NCBI GenBank assembly: GCA_030704615.1
Contig: CM060732.1
Coordinates: 19,902,001-19,966,000 of the forward strand
Length of the DNA: 64,000 nucleotides
Reading direction: 5' to 3'
DNA from: Takakia lepidozioides
Taxonomy: Eukaryota > Plantae > Bryophyta
Shown: piece after piece, positions 51,724 to 64,000 of the stretch
Layout of the letters: each line of letters opens with the position of its first letter
Numbering within the stretch: the stretch's first letter is position 1
Position numbers and translations under genes: made by a program
The notes under the pieces: generated by a model
Told to the model about the DNA's origin: nothing
The model's input: the letters and a program-made list of their open reading frames with translations, nothing else
Database searches by the model: none

Positions 51724-53323
51724 GCCTTTCAGTGGTGTCTTCTTCCTTGTGTGTGCATTGGTTGTGTGGGTGAGGGTTCATCGGGGTGTTGGATGCATTG
51801 CAGGTATGGCTAGCGTTATCTGTGATACGTGGTGCGTGGGGCGTGGAGTTGTTCTCGTTGATCTGTGGTGGCTGTGGGGTCTGGGGCTCTGCTGTGTTGT
51901 TATGGGCAGTGGGCTTCCTGGGGGTCATGGGGGTGTGTTGCTGATGGTTCATAGGCTAAGGGGGTTGCCGATCGCTGCTGCTTGGTGGAGGGACTGTGAG
52001 GTGATGGGTCTGGCTGTGTTGGCGTGGGATGTTGCGTTTGTGTGTTTCACATACTTTGGGGGGTCGGCGGGGGGGGGGGGACAGTTGCAGCAGTATGGTA
52101 GTGGGTTCTGGTTTTGGGGATGATGCTTGCTGCTTGGGGGGGGGGGGTGGGGGGGGGCTGTCTGCACAATGGGCAGATCGTGGGATTCAACACCCCCAAT
52201 TCTGGGATCATGATATTCGTGGGGAGCTTGTATCGCTGCATTGGGGATAAAGAAAGTAGTTGGTAGTTGGTAGTTGTTAGTTTTCAGTTGCTTGTCGGGT
52301 GAAACGCCGAAACAGAGGGCGTCCCCGAGCCCTTCTTAGGGTGTCGCATTTGGGGTCCCCGTCATTTTGTCGTAAATCGGTGACGTGGCCCATTTTTTGT
52401 AGCCGGAATTGTCTACCGGCTAGGGCAGGGATTCAAGTAGAAATTCACACAAACAGAAATCAGTGCTTGAATTTTTGTTAGAATTCTGAATTTTTTTTTG
52501 GAGGTGGTAGTTCATCATTCAGGGAACACTTTCACCGTAGCAATTGTGATTCCAAGGAAATTTGGACCCCCTAAGCCTGAATTACATGTCATTTGAGCTT
52601 CATGGTGTGTTTTGACCCCCCTGTTTTTCCTTACAAATTGGAATCTGGATGGGGTCTTGTGAGGAAAGGTTTTTTTTGTCGATCCAATTTCCTGGTCAAA
52701 CCATTTTTCCACTCTAAATTTGGAGTGTACCCCAAATTTTGGGCTTGCAAATTTGTTATAATCTTCCAAACGACACGGTGAAATGAGCTGAAATTTTCAC
52801 AGAAGCTGGATGAAGTAGGTATCCTCCCATTCATACGGTTCATCCCTGTGGATGTTAGTTTCCTGAGAGATATACCCTCATCCGTGAGGGTATGTTCTGT
52901 TTTGGAGGGCCCACCAAAAACTGCCTCGTCCATTAGGGGTTGAGTTGTTTCTTATGTTGTTTTTCTTCTGTCCTGAAGTGGCCTCGCCCTATAGTGCATT
53001 ATGCCCGGCCGAGGTTATTTTTTTTCTGGTTTGAAGTTGAGTGACTTGGCTTGGAATACAATACCGTCACTTGTGGTTGTGGGTTCAAAGTTCAAACCAC
53101 GTGTGTGTGTGTTGGATGTCATAGGAGGGCTATTGGGTGATACCACAAGTTAGGCTTGCCACTTTGGCAAGCCTTGAGAGGCCACAATTATTTTCTTAAA
53201 GGAAAGAAACTATCCATCTATCGTATAGAACGGACGAAAGTGAGGATTGACGAAGTTAGCATGGCGGATGAAGCCCCGCCCTGTGCCTTTCTTGGAAGAA
53301 GGAAGAGAGGAGGGGGAGAAAAC

Positions 53324-56300
53324 GATGGATGCGCTTGAGCGATTGCAGGGCGTTTATGCCAGGCTGTGTCTCATGCATGCCCATGGCCTTGATACTTCCG
53401 ATGCTGGATCCAATCGATTTTTGGCCGATTTCTTGGTCTTCGTGGTGCGTATTGTGTTTTTTGCTAGTTTTTCCTGGATTGTAAGAATTGCTCTAGTGGA
53501 CTATGTTCTCTCTTCCTCCCTCCAGCATTTTATAATTCATAACTGTGTTTTGCCTAAATGTAAAGCCAATGTGGACGTTCCTTTAGCCTGGTTTCATGCA
53601 CTTCGGTGAAGCACTGGAGTTACTTTTAGAAACTGGCAATGTTGTGTTCCATGCTACAGCCAGGTCTTCCATGCTCGGCATGGCCATGGGCAGCTCCTGG
53701 AGCATACTCAACCTTGTTCTCTATTGGCTATAGACATTCTGAATTCTCTGAATCTTGAACAACTCGTTCTGCATTCACAATCCTCCTAGTTCCCAGATGG
53801 TAGTTTTGGTCGCAGGCATCTGCGAAAATTCAGCTATGATGTCATTATTTGTTGAGATCGAGACGGCCTGGCTCCACCATCGGTTGAAAATCTGCCAGGA
53901 GTTTGCAGTTCTTGTTATTGTACTGCTTGCATCCCTCGCTTGGGTTTGCATTCCGAACCAACTGGTTAGGTTTTCAAGTTTCGTTTTTTTTTGTTAACTA
54001 TATCCAAGGGAGACTCTGTTCTGGGGAAGGTGAGGTAGGCATGAATCTGTGTTTGTGGTTTGTAATCTAACACTCAATTGGGAATGCAAGGTAGTTTTTC
54101 GGTGGAATACCTCATTCTGTATTGAGGGTTAGCAATGTCACAACAATTTAGGGAGTGTAACGTGCACTAGGGGAGGTTTCAGTCTTTGACTTGAACATAA
54201 AGAGGTGCAAACCCTAAACCTTGACTTTGAATCTCAGTCAACTGCGGAAACACTGCAGATAGTTGTTTTCACTTTTCCATAATGCAAATTTTTTTGCATC
54301 TGAGAGTCAAGTGATCTCAAAGGTAGGAATGCTCCTTCAACTTTTCAATGCAAACAGGGGGGAGCACTGAAGAGTTCCGATGAAATGCGGAAAAGATGTG
54401 GGCTGCTTATGGAACTCTTGCCAAAGGTCCCTTCTCTGCACAATTGACTGGTCTGTCGACATCTTTGGAAGGAAAAAAGATTTTACTTGTTAGACTGTGC
54501 TTGCTGTAGCATTGTGACTTGAGAAAAGCGATAGATAGAGGCAGATGTACTCACCATATGGTGCTTGATGCAGAGTAGGGTGTCCTTTGCTAGAAAGAGC
54601 TGTATGCATTAGCCTTGTGCCATAGCTTTGTAGCCATAGACCCTTGGCAGGAGAGGGAGGGAGAATGTCTTGTGCCTGATTGTAGTGATAAGTGTGATAG
54701 TCAGGAGGAGTGATGGGGTATGTGATCTCACCTTGCAGATGTTGACAACAACCTTTCTCCTTGAGCTTGCTGACCTGCAGAACAGAGGTTAGATTTTGGT
54801 TTTCTCTTTAGCATGTTAGTTTGGTGATATTTGGTGGTCTCCTCCAAACCTGCCTTCACTTTGTTGCACGTGTTTCATAGTGTTGGCACAAGGTATCAAG
54901 ATTCACCAACAGCCACTTTACTCCTTCAGGTGTTTGCTGCAGGGACATTCATCACATGCGCATCGACTGGTGGTGAGAGCCAATTTGTGGGTGTAGAATG
55001 TAGGAGATCGAGTTTGGATAGAAACCCTTCTTTGTCAACTCCTCAAGATGTGAAGGAAGGGAGTGGAACAGTGGTGAAGAAATACCATAATGCAGCAAAT
55101 GCTGCCAATTCAGAGAAAGGTGGAAATGGGGATATGGTGCTTATGGTGGGTTTGAAGGATATGGAACGAGCTCGGTCTACTATAGAAGACTTTGTGAGTG
55201 AGCTTTTATAAACTCATCTAATGAACATACCTGATGCTTCATAGTTCGTACTCAATAGCCATAGAACACTGCAGAAGGTTGGCACCACAAGTGAGTGCTT
55301 CATACTGTCGGATATCACAACATATATCACTGCTCCTTTGGTGAATACATTGGTTATAGAGTATGCCAACCAGCTATATCCATGTTTTGCAAGGGATTGA
55401 TCTAACAAACAAACTTGCGACAGTGCAGGTCCTACTTCATGTTCCATAACATGAATGTGCTGGACCCTGGCGATGTGTTTAGCCATCTCCCCATTCTCAT
55501 GTGTGTGGAGGCATTCATATATGAGGTTTACGCAGTTCTCACTATGTCTTCCTGGAGTTTCGTAGATAGGTATAGGAATACTTAGAGCTTATCATTTTCC
55601 AAGTGAAGCAGGGCAGTATTTTCCCTCCCCACCATGGATGCAAGAGCCTCTTTGTTTATGGGTGGGGGACACTGAGCGACGTATGTTCTCTTTGGTGTTG
55701 CTGTATTACACTCTACCAGTTGACTTTAATAAATTGTACGACTTTTGTGCCTCTGTTGGGGCCTTTGTTTTACTTGAAATCTTTGTGGAATTATTGATGC
55801 TTCATCTTTGCATCGTTGTGTTAAGGCATACTTTGGTCGGGATTCTGAATGGGGCGGATTGGGATGCCAGCTGGATGAACGAAATGAGGACGAATTGCAA
55901 CCACCATTGTTGACATACCAGACAGAAGCTGCCCTTCTTCGCTCACACAAATCCGCTACGAGCGTAAATCTTGCAAGTTCTTCATTGTCAACAGGATGCA
56001 TGACCCCTGAAGTCTCAGGCAGAGTGGTTAGCATTCTGCACATATAAATCTATCCGGCTATGAATGCTGGAGTGTGAAGGGGAATGAGAGGATAATTTAC
56101 ATTATTGTTAGTCACCAAGTTACCTCTTTAGAACCCAACATTTATTGCCACTGTCATTCAGGTGCAATGGAGGGGACCCTTTAACTTTTGATGTGGACTG
56201 TTGAGTTGTTTGCCAGCTGCTTCATGTTGGTGTTGCTCAGCAGATGAATAACTATGTGGTTGTGCTCTTGTGATTTCCTTCTGTTTGGTTGAGTACATGC

Positions 56301-59300
56301 CAAGGTGCTATTTTCTGTAAAAGAAGCAAGCTGTAGGGACATTGACGATGCTGACTGATGCAAGTGTGACAAAGAAGTTATTTTCTCAATAGATCTGTTT
56401 GTAGGGTTGGCTCTGAAGTCATATGAGACTGGTATCTGTGACCTCCACCCTGGTGACAGGGTCAGTGGCTTTGGGCAGATCTGGGATGCTTCTTTGCCAG
56501 CAAGGGATGGAGGTGTAGGTGAAGAGAAGGGGCCGAAAGGCTTGGGAAGTGACCCATTCAAATATTCTGCAACCGGCTGGCGACCCGACTGGTTAGTAGT
56601 TTCTTACTCCGTTGCCTCCTCTTGTCTTTTGCCTGCAGCAAGATCCTGGCCTCATCAACATGATTGGGTTTGATGGGAGTATGTGCTCACTATTGCAATA
56701 AAAACCATCCGTGCCTTGTTAGCAAAACGTCATAACGGGGCTTGCAGTGGCAGGTACAAGGGACTCTCAAGAATCTGACATTTTTACTCCAGAAGTGTAG
56801 ACTGTTTGTGTAAGAGGTTATCTATCTATGATCTTGGATATCTGTAAGAGTTTGTATGAGCGTATGTCCCACGACTGGAGTGTGCCCCTCACAAAGGTAG
56901 TGTCTGTTCCCTTTTGTTCCACCCAAACTGGCTGCGGGATTTACGGCCACAATGCTACGGCACAACCCACCCGTGAACAGGCAACTTGCCGCATTCTGTG
57001 GAGGTTTGGCTGGAACGATCCATGCACACGTTACGGGCACATGGCAAGCAGGTTTCCAAGTCCCTGGTACCCGATTTCCCGCTATGTGACATCAGAGAAT
57101 CCCATGGAAAGTGGCCCTAAGCAAACAAGTCAAGCATGTAGAGTTTGAGAGAGTTCATATGTATGTAGGGGTGGTCAGCTGGGGGATGCAGGATAAAAGA
57201 TGAGCTGAGAGATGGTCTCCAGTATTGGGAGCTTGAGCAATCTCTTTGTAATTCTGTGTCAGTTGGAAGCCAGGCAAGTCTTCAGTCCCATTCTTTCTGA
57301 TAGTCACAAATGCTTGTACAAGTGCACCTCATGTTTCATTGGTACTATAACAAAACTATCCGCATGCCATCATTTGCAAGAGGCTGACCTTTGGTGTGAC
57401 ATCAGACAACAGAGTTATCTCCTTCGAGTGTACTCAATATCCTTTAATCTAGTGTCCTCAGCCATGTCTGTTGCCATGAGATTGTCTGATGAAAATGAAG
57501 TTAGGCAGAAAAATTCCCTGAACTTGTTTCCAGTCTGTGACATGGGGGAGGACATCTTGGATGACCTCAAGGGTCTACCCACTCTCGGCACTAGACTGAA
57601 ATTTAAACTCAGGGCAGGAAGCCTACCTTTGAACAGCAAACAGAAGCAGAGAGGAAAGGGAGAGTGCAATTGCCCGTTGTGTGGGCAATCTGAAGACAGT
57701 ATTCATTTTCTGATACACTGTCCGGGGTTCTCTCACCAAAGAGACGCTCTCTTCAAATCTATTAAGGGAATTGTGCCTGTACCCCTGTTTACCAACTTTG
57801 AAAGTCTCGAGGCTGAGCCAAAAGCCCAGGCCCTCCTGAGGCCTAGTTTTTGGGCAAATCACACACAGCAGATTGATGCTTGTGTGAAGGGATTTCTAGA
57901 GGATATCTGGAAAACCCGGATTAATTCTTTTATGGAGGTAAGTCTTACTACCAACGTCAGCCCCTGACAGAGGTAGGTTCTGTCCCTTTAGTTCCCGCTC
58001 AAACTGGGCACGGGGTCAATGGCCACAAGGCTACGGCAAACGTCTTATGAGTACAATCTAGTGTAGTGCCTATACAACTCGAAAGGAGAGTACCAAGACA
58101 GACAAGTACAGAACTGCAAGGACGCGGAGTGGCGTGATGTCAATTAGCAAGGCCTAAAAATAATTCGAACTTGGCTGGGTAGAAGCAGCCTCAGAACAAT
58201 ACTTTCAGCCCAACACAAGCTATGTGACCCGAGTCTGTAAAATTCAACTTTTTAACTTCTTGATGGCGCACTTCGAGACCCAAAGTTCCACACTGCAGTC
58301 ATTTTGGATTCAGTGTTGGAATGGATCACCGGCTGAGCCGGCACGCGCCAGACCCTGCACATTGTACCAGCTGTGCCTCTTTACTAGTTGCTGACAGGTT
58401 GGCCTTATCTACACCAGTTTTGTATTTCACTTGCTGGGTTTTCACATTGATCAAAGAACTAGGTGAGATCTCTGAATGTTTCTAGGCTGTTTGCGTGGAC
58501 CATGGTTGCAGCAGATCAGGGTTGAGGATGTCGTGCGTGCCATTCAACTGAAGTCATTTGATTATCGCATTCTCAACCTTCTTCTGTACCTGCTTCGCAA
58601 GCAGCCGGTCATCTCACTTTCTCTCTTTCCAAAGGCTTAGTTATTTTGTCTGTTTTGAGACATCCTTTTGGTGGGTAGGCTCCATTAGCCTCCTATAGAT
58701 CTTGGTATTCTTGTTTCCTGTCTCCTTCCTTTTCTCCCTTCTCTGTAACCCCCTTCATGCCCCATTCAATTTGGGCATGGAGTTTTAGGCCACAAGCTTT
58801 TCATGCACAGGCTGAGATTTGTACCATGCTCTGTCCATCTCCTTGTTGAAGCTCCTGGGTGATTCGGACTGTGTTCTCTAGGGTACAGAAGTAGGATATT
58901 TTTGTTCACTATTATACATTGACTCTTTCTACTACCCAACGTTCAACTGTGATATAGAAGACATTGCTGGGAGAACTCACCCCAGTAGCGTTTCCAGAAA
59001 GTCCAGCTGTGTCCACCAACTGACCAGGGCTGACATAGTGATGGTAGTGATCTACTTGCTACTATACTGGTAATGATGTACAATAGCAAGAGTCTCCAAC
59101 TGTAGGCAGAGGACTTTCTTACTTCTTCTGTTGCACTCACATGCGAATACTACAGTCTAATGAGGATCTCTAGTTGGTAATTTGTCTGTACAGGTGGATG
59201 AAGCTCACTTTGAATTTTTATCTGTATCAGAGCTTCTTGTGGAGATCTCTGATGACCTGTGAGTATCTTGTCAAAGCACACTCTTTTCAACTTCAGTTGA

Positions 59301-60544
59301 ATCGATTTCAACCTGTGCAGGATCCAAAAATTGCACTAGAGCTGTGACAGCCCTTCGTGACCCTCAAAATGGACTGCCATGCTACGCCTTGCTGGTGACT
59401 GTGGGGGTGGAGCCACAGAAGAGGCGGAGGGGTAGATGCTGTAGTAAGAGCATGATTTTTGACATGCCGGGGCCACTGAAGTTGTTGGGGTCGTGGCAAA
59501 TGGTTTTGCAGGTTCGATTATGAGGTGGTTATGGAATCACAACCCTACTTGGATTGTTCTGGCTATGGCCGAGGGCATGGTCTTCTATAAGAGGCCATCG
59601 TACAATGCATTTGGTTCACTCTTGTTGTCTCTCATTAGAGAAAGGAGAAAACCACCAAAGGCTCACTATTGAGGGTGATGGGTGCAGGAAGATGTACTGA
59701 ACAACAGCTTCAACGTGCTTCGCATGTTTTTGTATATTTATGGTCCCTGTGAGGCCCCCACCATGCTTGTGAGTTTTCTTTATTTTCATTAATGGATTTG
59801 TCCTGAAATGACTCCATCCTCTAGGTTGATTGCAAAAATATGTTGTTGTAGCACTCCGAAATCACAAGTTAAAGTTTGGTCAGCTGCTCAGAACCGGCAT
59901 TTTTGAGTAAAGGCCAGAACTGTGGATGCTAATGGGCCTGCACCTTGTGCCTAGCATGGTTTTTAGGACTACTTGCAAGTCTAGGTCAGTTGGATATCAT
60001 TCTGGTGAAAGATCGTAGGATATTCTACTGCTTGCCTGCTTAAGAGCTCAAAAATGAGGGGGCAGGGCAGGTATTGGGCATGGTGAAATCTAGAATCACC
60101 ACCACCTGCCATGGACATATGGATAGCACTGGTAAACTGAACATGTTGGAGACTGTCTATTTGTATGGGTAGAGTCTTGACTGATTGATGTATTTCAGGC
60201 AAAGTTCATTGGGGAAGCTGAGGAAAGGTATCAAAACTTGCTGCACAGGATAGAACCAACTCTGGCAGCTAAATATCAGAGGCGCTGTGAGGAGGCGTTG
60301 AGAGAGGGTAGGACTCTGCTCCTTGTGAGGTGTGAATGTTCAAAATTAACCTTTATGGAGTGCAGTGAATATGAGGTTGGATCCACATAAAAGTTTGTAT
60401 TGGGGGGTTTATGGTGACTGTTAAGTTCTGATGGGTACAGGTGGAAGTAAGTCGAAGCATGTGCTGGGTTCCTGGACTATTCCTCCTCTCATCACCAATG
60501 AGAAGGCATATCGAGATCAAGTCTATAGGGAAATCCAGCCATGA
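53324..60544 (+). CDS. Multi-exon conserved uncharacterised plant protein with a DDxxD motif (isoprenoid-synthase-like fold inferred)
   Basis: Exons read MDALERLQ.., MERARSTIEDF|CRSYFMFH (55424-55525), LDERNE, IKDELRDGLQYWELEQSLC, IRVEDVVRAIQLKSFDYRILNLLLY (58515-58607), VEISDDL|FDYE|EDVLNNSFNVLRMF, AEERY..RCEEA, WTIPPLI..stop at 60544. The 56.4-56.8 kb exons are unresolved. Confidence 0.8.
57530..58045 (+). mobile_element. 5'-truncated LINE 3' end in an intron
   Basis: RLKFKLRAGSLPLN..CPLCGQSEDSIHFLIHC..IWKTR (C-terminal CCHC region of non-LTR ORF2). A second, shorter copy lies at ~56820-56965. Confidence 0.8.
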
Positions 60545-61136
60545 TTCAGGTGTATCCTGCAATGTGACGACCATGTAAAAGAGGTAGTGACTGTATAGTG
60601 ACATCTAGTAGATAATGGTGGACCAGGTATGGATATCATATCTAGTGACCTTGTGAATCGCATGGGTGATGTTCCAAGGGCAGTTACCGATTGATGCCTA
60701 TGCAAAGACAGTTTATAGAATGTGGTCTCAAGTCACCTGCCAAACCTGTTAAAAGAAACTTCCCAATGAAATTGGGAAGTGCAGCGTCAAACGTGAGTAG
60801 TGAGGTGTTGCATTTCAAGAATGAGCCATCCATTTGCCTCCAACCGAACCCTCCCTTTCTTAGGAGACAGATTGTGGGCTATAAAAGTGCAGCAAAGTCT
60901 AATTGTGTTTCCAGTTACCATTCTGTAACGACACTTGCAGTGATTAATCCTTGATATTTTCAGCTGTAAGCTGAAGGACCTGAAGTAAGTTTTGTGCATT
61001 AGCAAATGATTCTTACTGGAGTGTTTTGGATTCCTCTATGAACATGAGTTGGGGGCTTTGTGTCGCAGCCCTTAGCCTTGAGGGCGGAGGGTAGGAAAAT
61101 CAGGGCTGTAGTTAACTCCAGTTCTCTCAAAATACA

Positions 61137-61187
61137 ATCCAGAATCGCCTCCAAGTACCCATTGATCCACTCGTTCCCCGCCGCCAT
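61137..61187 (-). pseudogene. SPS: Sucrose-phosphate synthase N-terminal fragment
   Basis: MAAGNEWINGYLEAILD is the canonical plant SPS N-terminus. Similarity stops abruptly and no further SPS exons are seen. Confidence 0.8.
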
Positions 61188-61444
61188 CTCACGCACTCAC
61201 CTCCCAAAACTGTACCACCGCTTCACCACCCAACCAAGTAGCTCACTCCCAATCCCTCCACCTGCTCCTCACACAGCACCCACAATCATCAACATCCAAC
61301 CGCCCACCCCAGCTCCTCCTCTCAATCCCAAAACTCCCTCTTTTCCGGCCACTACGAGAATCATAAAACGACAATCCACATGCACTCCCCCGCTCCAGCA
61401 TCTCACGCCACGCAACCAATAACCAATAACTACCAAACGCCATC

Positions 61445-62420
61445 GCATGAATATTTATTATATCCAAATAACTACTTCGAAATATCGGCTAGGCAAGATT
61501 ACTATCAACAAATGCAATGAGGTCTACTTACCCAGACTGTTGATTTATGCAGAGACAGATAGCCGTTTAGGTGCTGGTGCTATCGCTATTGCTAGGACCT
61601 GTACTGCAACTTCAGTGCTGGTGTTTTTGCTCGTGTTTGCGTTCAGATTTTGTTTTCGGTAGGGTTTGCGCTCCGAAAATGTGCCGGTATGTTTTATTTA
61701 CGTTCGCGTGTTTGTTCACTTCTTTTTTTCCTTCTGAGTTTGTGTTTGGGGCTTGGTAACTAAGTTCTTTTTCTTATGCTTTGTATATGAGGGTGCTTGT
61801 GGGTGGATCGCTGGTGCCACTACTGTTTTTCTTCGGATATTGTATGTTCACCATTTCGTCATTTCTAAGTTTTCGAATATTTATAAGATTCAAATTACTG
61901 CATCGCTTCATCGTTGAGGTAAGATTGCTATCATGAAATGCAGTGAGGTCTACTTACACAGGCAGTCGATTTATGCAGAAACAGAGAGTCGGTTTGGTGC
62001 TGGAGCTACCGCTATCATTCAAATCTCTACAACGGTTCCACTGCTGGTGTTTTCGCTCGTGTTTGCGCTCAGATTCTACTAGTGTCTAGGGTTTGCGCCA
62101 GTATGTTTTCATTTACTTTGGCGTGCTATATTTATTCACTTCTTTCTTTTGTTCTGCGTTTGTGTTTTGCGGCTCGGTAACTATTTTTTTTTTGTTAGGG
62201 TTTGTGTTTGAGGGTGCTTGTGGGTGCATCACTGGTGCCACTACTATTTTCCTTCGTATATTGTATGTTCATCATTTCGTCATTTCTAATTTTTTAAATA
62301 TATATAATATTAAAATTACTACTTCGATACATTGTCCAGGCACAGAGAGCCGGTTTGGTACTGGTTTGGTTACCGTTATTGCTTGGATCTCATTTGTGGC
62401 TCTCTCTCGTTACTTGCTGG
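61445..62420. repeat. Degenerate ~425-bp tandem repeat (about 2.3 units)
   Basis: AATATTTAT..AAAT(A/T)ACT at ~61449, 61876, 62297; GAGGTCTACTTAC..GATTTATGCAGA repeated. Confidence 0.75.
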
Positions 62421-64000
62421 TAAGTCTTTAACATGTTCATTCTGTAAAAATTTCTTGAACTTCACTCCATTCCAACGGGTATGGTTCCTTCACAAGCAAT
62501 GTTTATGTTGTGCAGCAAGATTGCTGTAATCAAAGCAGAGAATGCTACTGTCAATTTATTCAGAAGGAGAGAGCCGGATTGCAGCTGCCGCCACTGCTTT
62601 CTCTCATATCCCAACCGCGGCTTTCTCTCGTGACCTGCAAGTAAGTCTCCAAAGCGTTGATTTCCAAGGTTATATGATATGGTATCCAGCTCTTTTACTA
62701 CACTATATTTAATTTATTCATGTGGCCACTTGTGTGCAGATATTGAGAAGAGCTCGGAAGATGGGTAAGAAAAAAAAAGGGAAGAATGTAGGAGGTGGTG
62801 GTGGAAGCGGAGGGCAAGTGTTAGTAGAGAGCCTGGGCGATTTAGCCGTTATGAGTTCTGGAGGGGGAAAGGTTGAGTATGACGTTGTAGAGTGTGTCTT
62901 CTCTGAGGCTCCATTGGTGCACTACTGGTTTGTGGATCGGAAATAGTCCATTCTAGCAGCTATTCTGGCGCACTTGGTGGCATCTCTAAGAATCAATTGT
63001 CTTCTTGTTGGTTGGTCGATGTTTTGAAGCTCTGAAATTTTCTTTGCCTTGTTTTGCTCTGATGGGTGATGAGGGGTATTGTAAATCTCGGGAGTTCGGG
63101 TAAGTGATTTGAGTGCCCCGACCTATTCTAGCGCTTCCGGAGCATGGTACCTTTGAGGACTGGGCTGGGATTGTCGTCGTGGAATTGATTGACCAAAAGG
63201 TGGAGATGGGGATTTCTAATCAGCTTACTTCTTTGAGACAATGAAGGTGGAGTGTGCGCTTCTGGTTAAGGAGGGAATGGAGAAGATTAGAATTAGAATC
63301 AGCCGTCAAGAGGCAGACGGGACCGCACATCTGGCAGCTGGGGTTCTAGAGAGGCTTGAACGGAGAATTGGAGAATTGGAGGAGGGATCAGCGATGAAGG
63401 ATCACAGAATCGGGAAGTTAGTTACGGGAGGGCCATCGGATGCTAGAACGCACAGTTGTGGGTTTGCAAACCGAAGTGCAGGGACTCACAGTGTTGAATA
63501 ATCACGTGAAAATGCGGGTGGTTCTAGAGAAGGCTCAGGAGCGGATTATTGAGGAACTAGGAAAAAGACAACTCCATTCAGGAGTTAGGTGGTCGCATTA
63601 CTTTGAAGATTTTTTCGATGGCGATTGGAGGGCAGTCTTTGTCGAAGAAGACAATATTCAAGCGTTTGTTGAAAAGGGGGTCGCTTGACTCCAACTACCA
63701 TATCCACAATATCAACGCAGTGGATATTGTAGGGAGCATAATGTCTTTTGAAGTCGCCGCCGATCAGGAGGCGTGGATTTGGCTTTTTAAATATGCATTT
63801 TCGACAACGTACGAGACTGCCCTTGCATCCGTAGGGATGTGATTGTAATACAACTCAAGGTAAATTTCTCATAGGATCATATCTATTTTGATCGTGTGAT
63901 ATTGCACTAGCTTATGGGAGAACGTTCGACCTAAGTGAATTTTTATAAGCTCCGGATAAACTTGTGGAAACGTCGAGCTTGTTTCGGGAATGCAACTAGT

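Larger units (their letters stand above)
43334..52939 (+). mobile_element. Full-length piggyBac DNA transposon (degenerate)
   Basis: 17-bp TIR CCCCTAATGGACGAGGC / GCCTCGTCCATTAGGGG; flanks TTAA (43330-43333) and TTGA (52940-52943). Confidence 0.93.

Noticed and set aside
57212-57967. 251-aa ORF as one gene
   Set aside because: The 5' part overlaps a host exon in another frame plus intron; only the 3' part is LINE-derived.
62722-63842. Short coiled-coil-like ORFs at the window end
   Set aside because: Possibly a degraded gene or TE, but there is no recognisable motif to support a call.
1-64000. tRNA or rRNA genes
   Set aside because: None recognised; the only tRNA-related sequence is the retroelement PBS.

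Overview
TE-dense eukaryotic DNA from a land plant, most likely a seed-free lineage (GT-AG introns, PLS-type PPR fragments, a sucrose-phosphate synthase N-terminus, moss/lycophyte-like Ty3/Gypsy elements). The main result is four diverged members of one Mutator-like (MULE) DNA transposon family, labelled 0, A, B and C. Element A shows the layout most fully: (i) a GCM-like Zn-finger + DDE + SWIM transposase; (ii) a divergently oriented, intron-containing cargo gene that appears to fuse a ParB/Srx domain (DGNHRxxA) to a bacterial-type beta-class DNA amino-methyltransferase with an unusual conserved DIPDG motif; (iii) arrays of element-specific palindromes in the spacer, introns and subtermini. 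Elements 0, A and B appear nested in one another, and B carries a ~1.74-kb internal inversion. All copies are damaged or truncated. The window also holds a Gypsy element interrupted by two CACTA elements (one carrying a PPR fragment), a full-length piggyBac with a chromovirus nested in it, a foldback, a multi-exon host gene with LINE remnants in its introns, and an SPS gene fragment. Coordinates and alignments were read by eye; splice models and domain names are unverified by computation.
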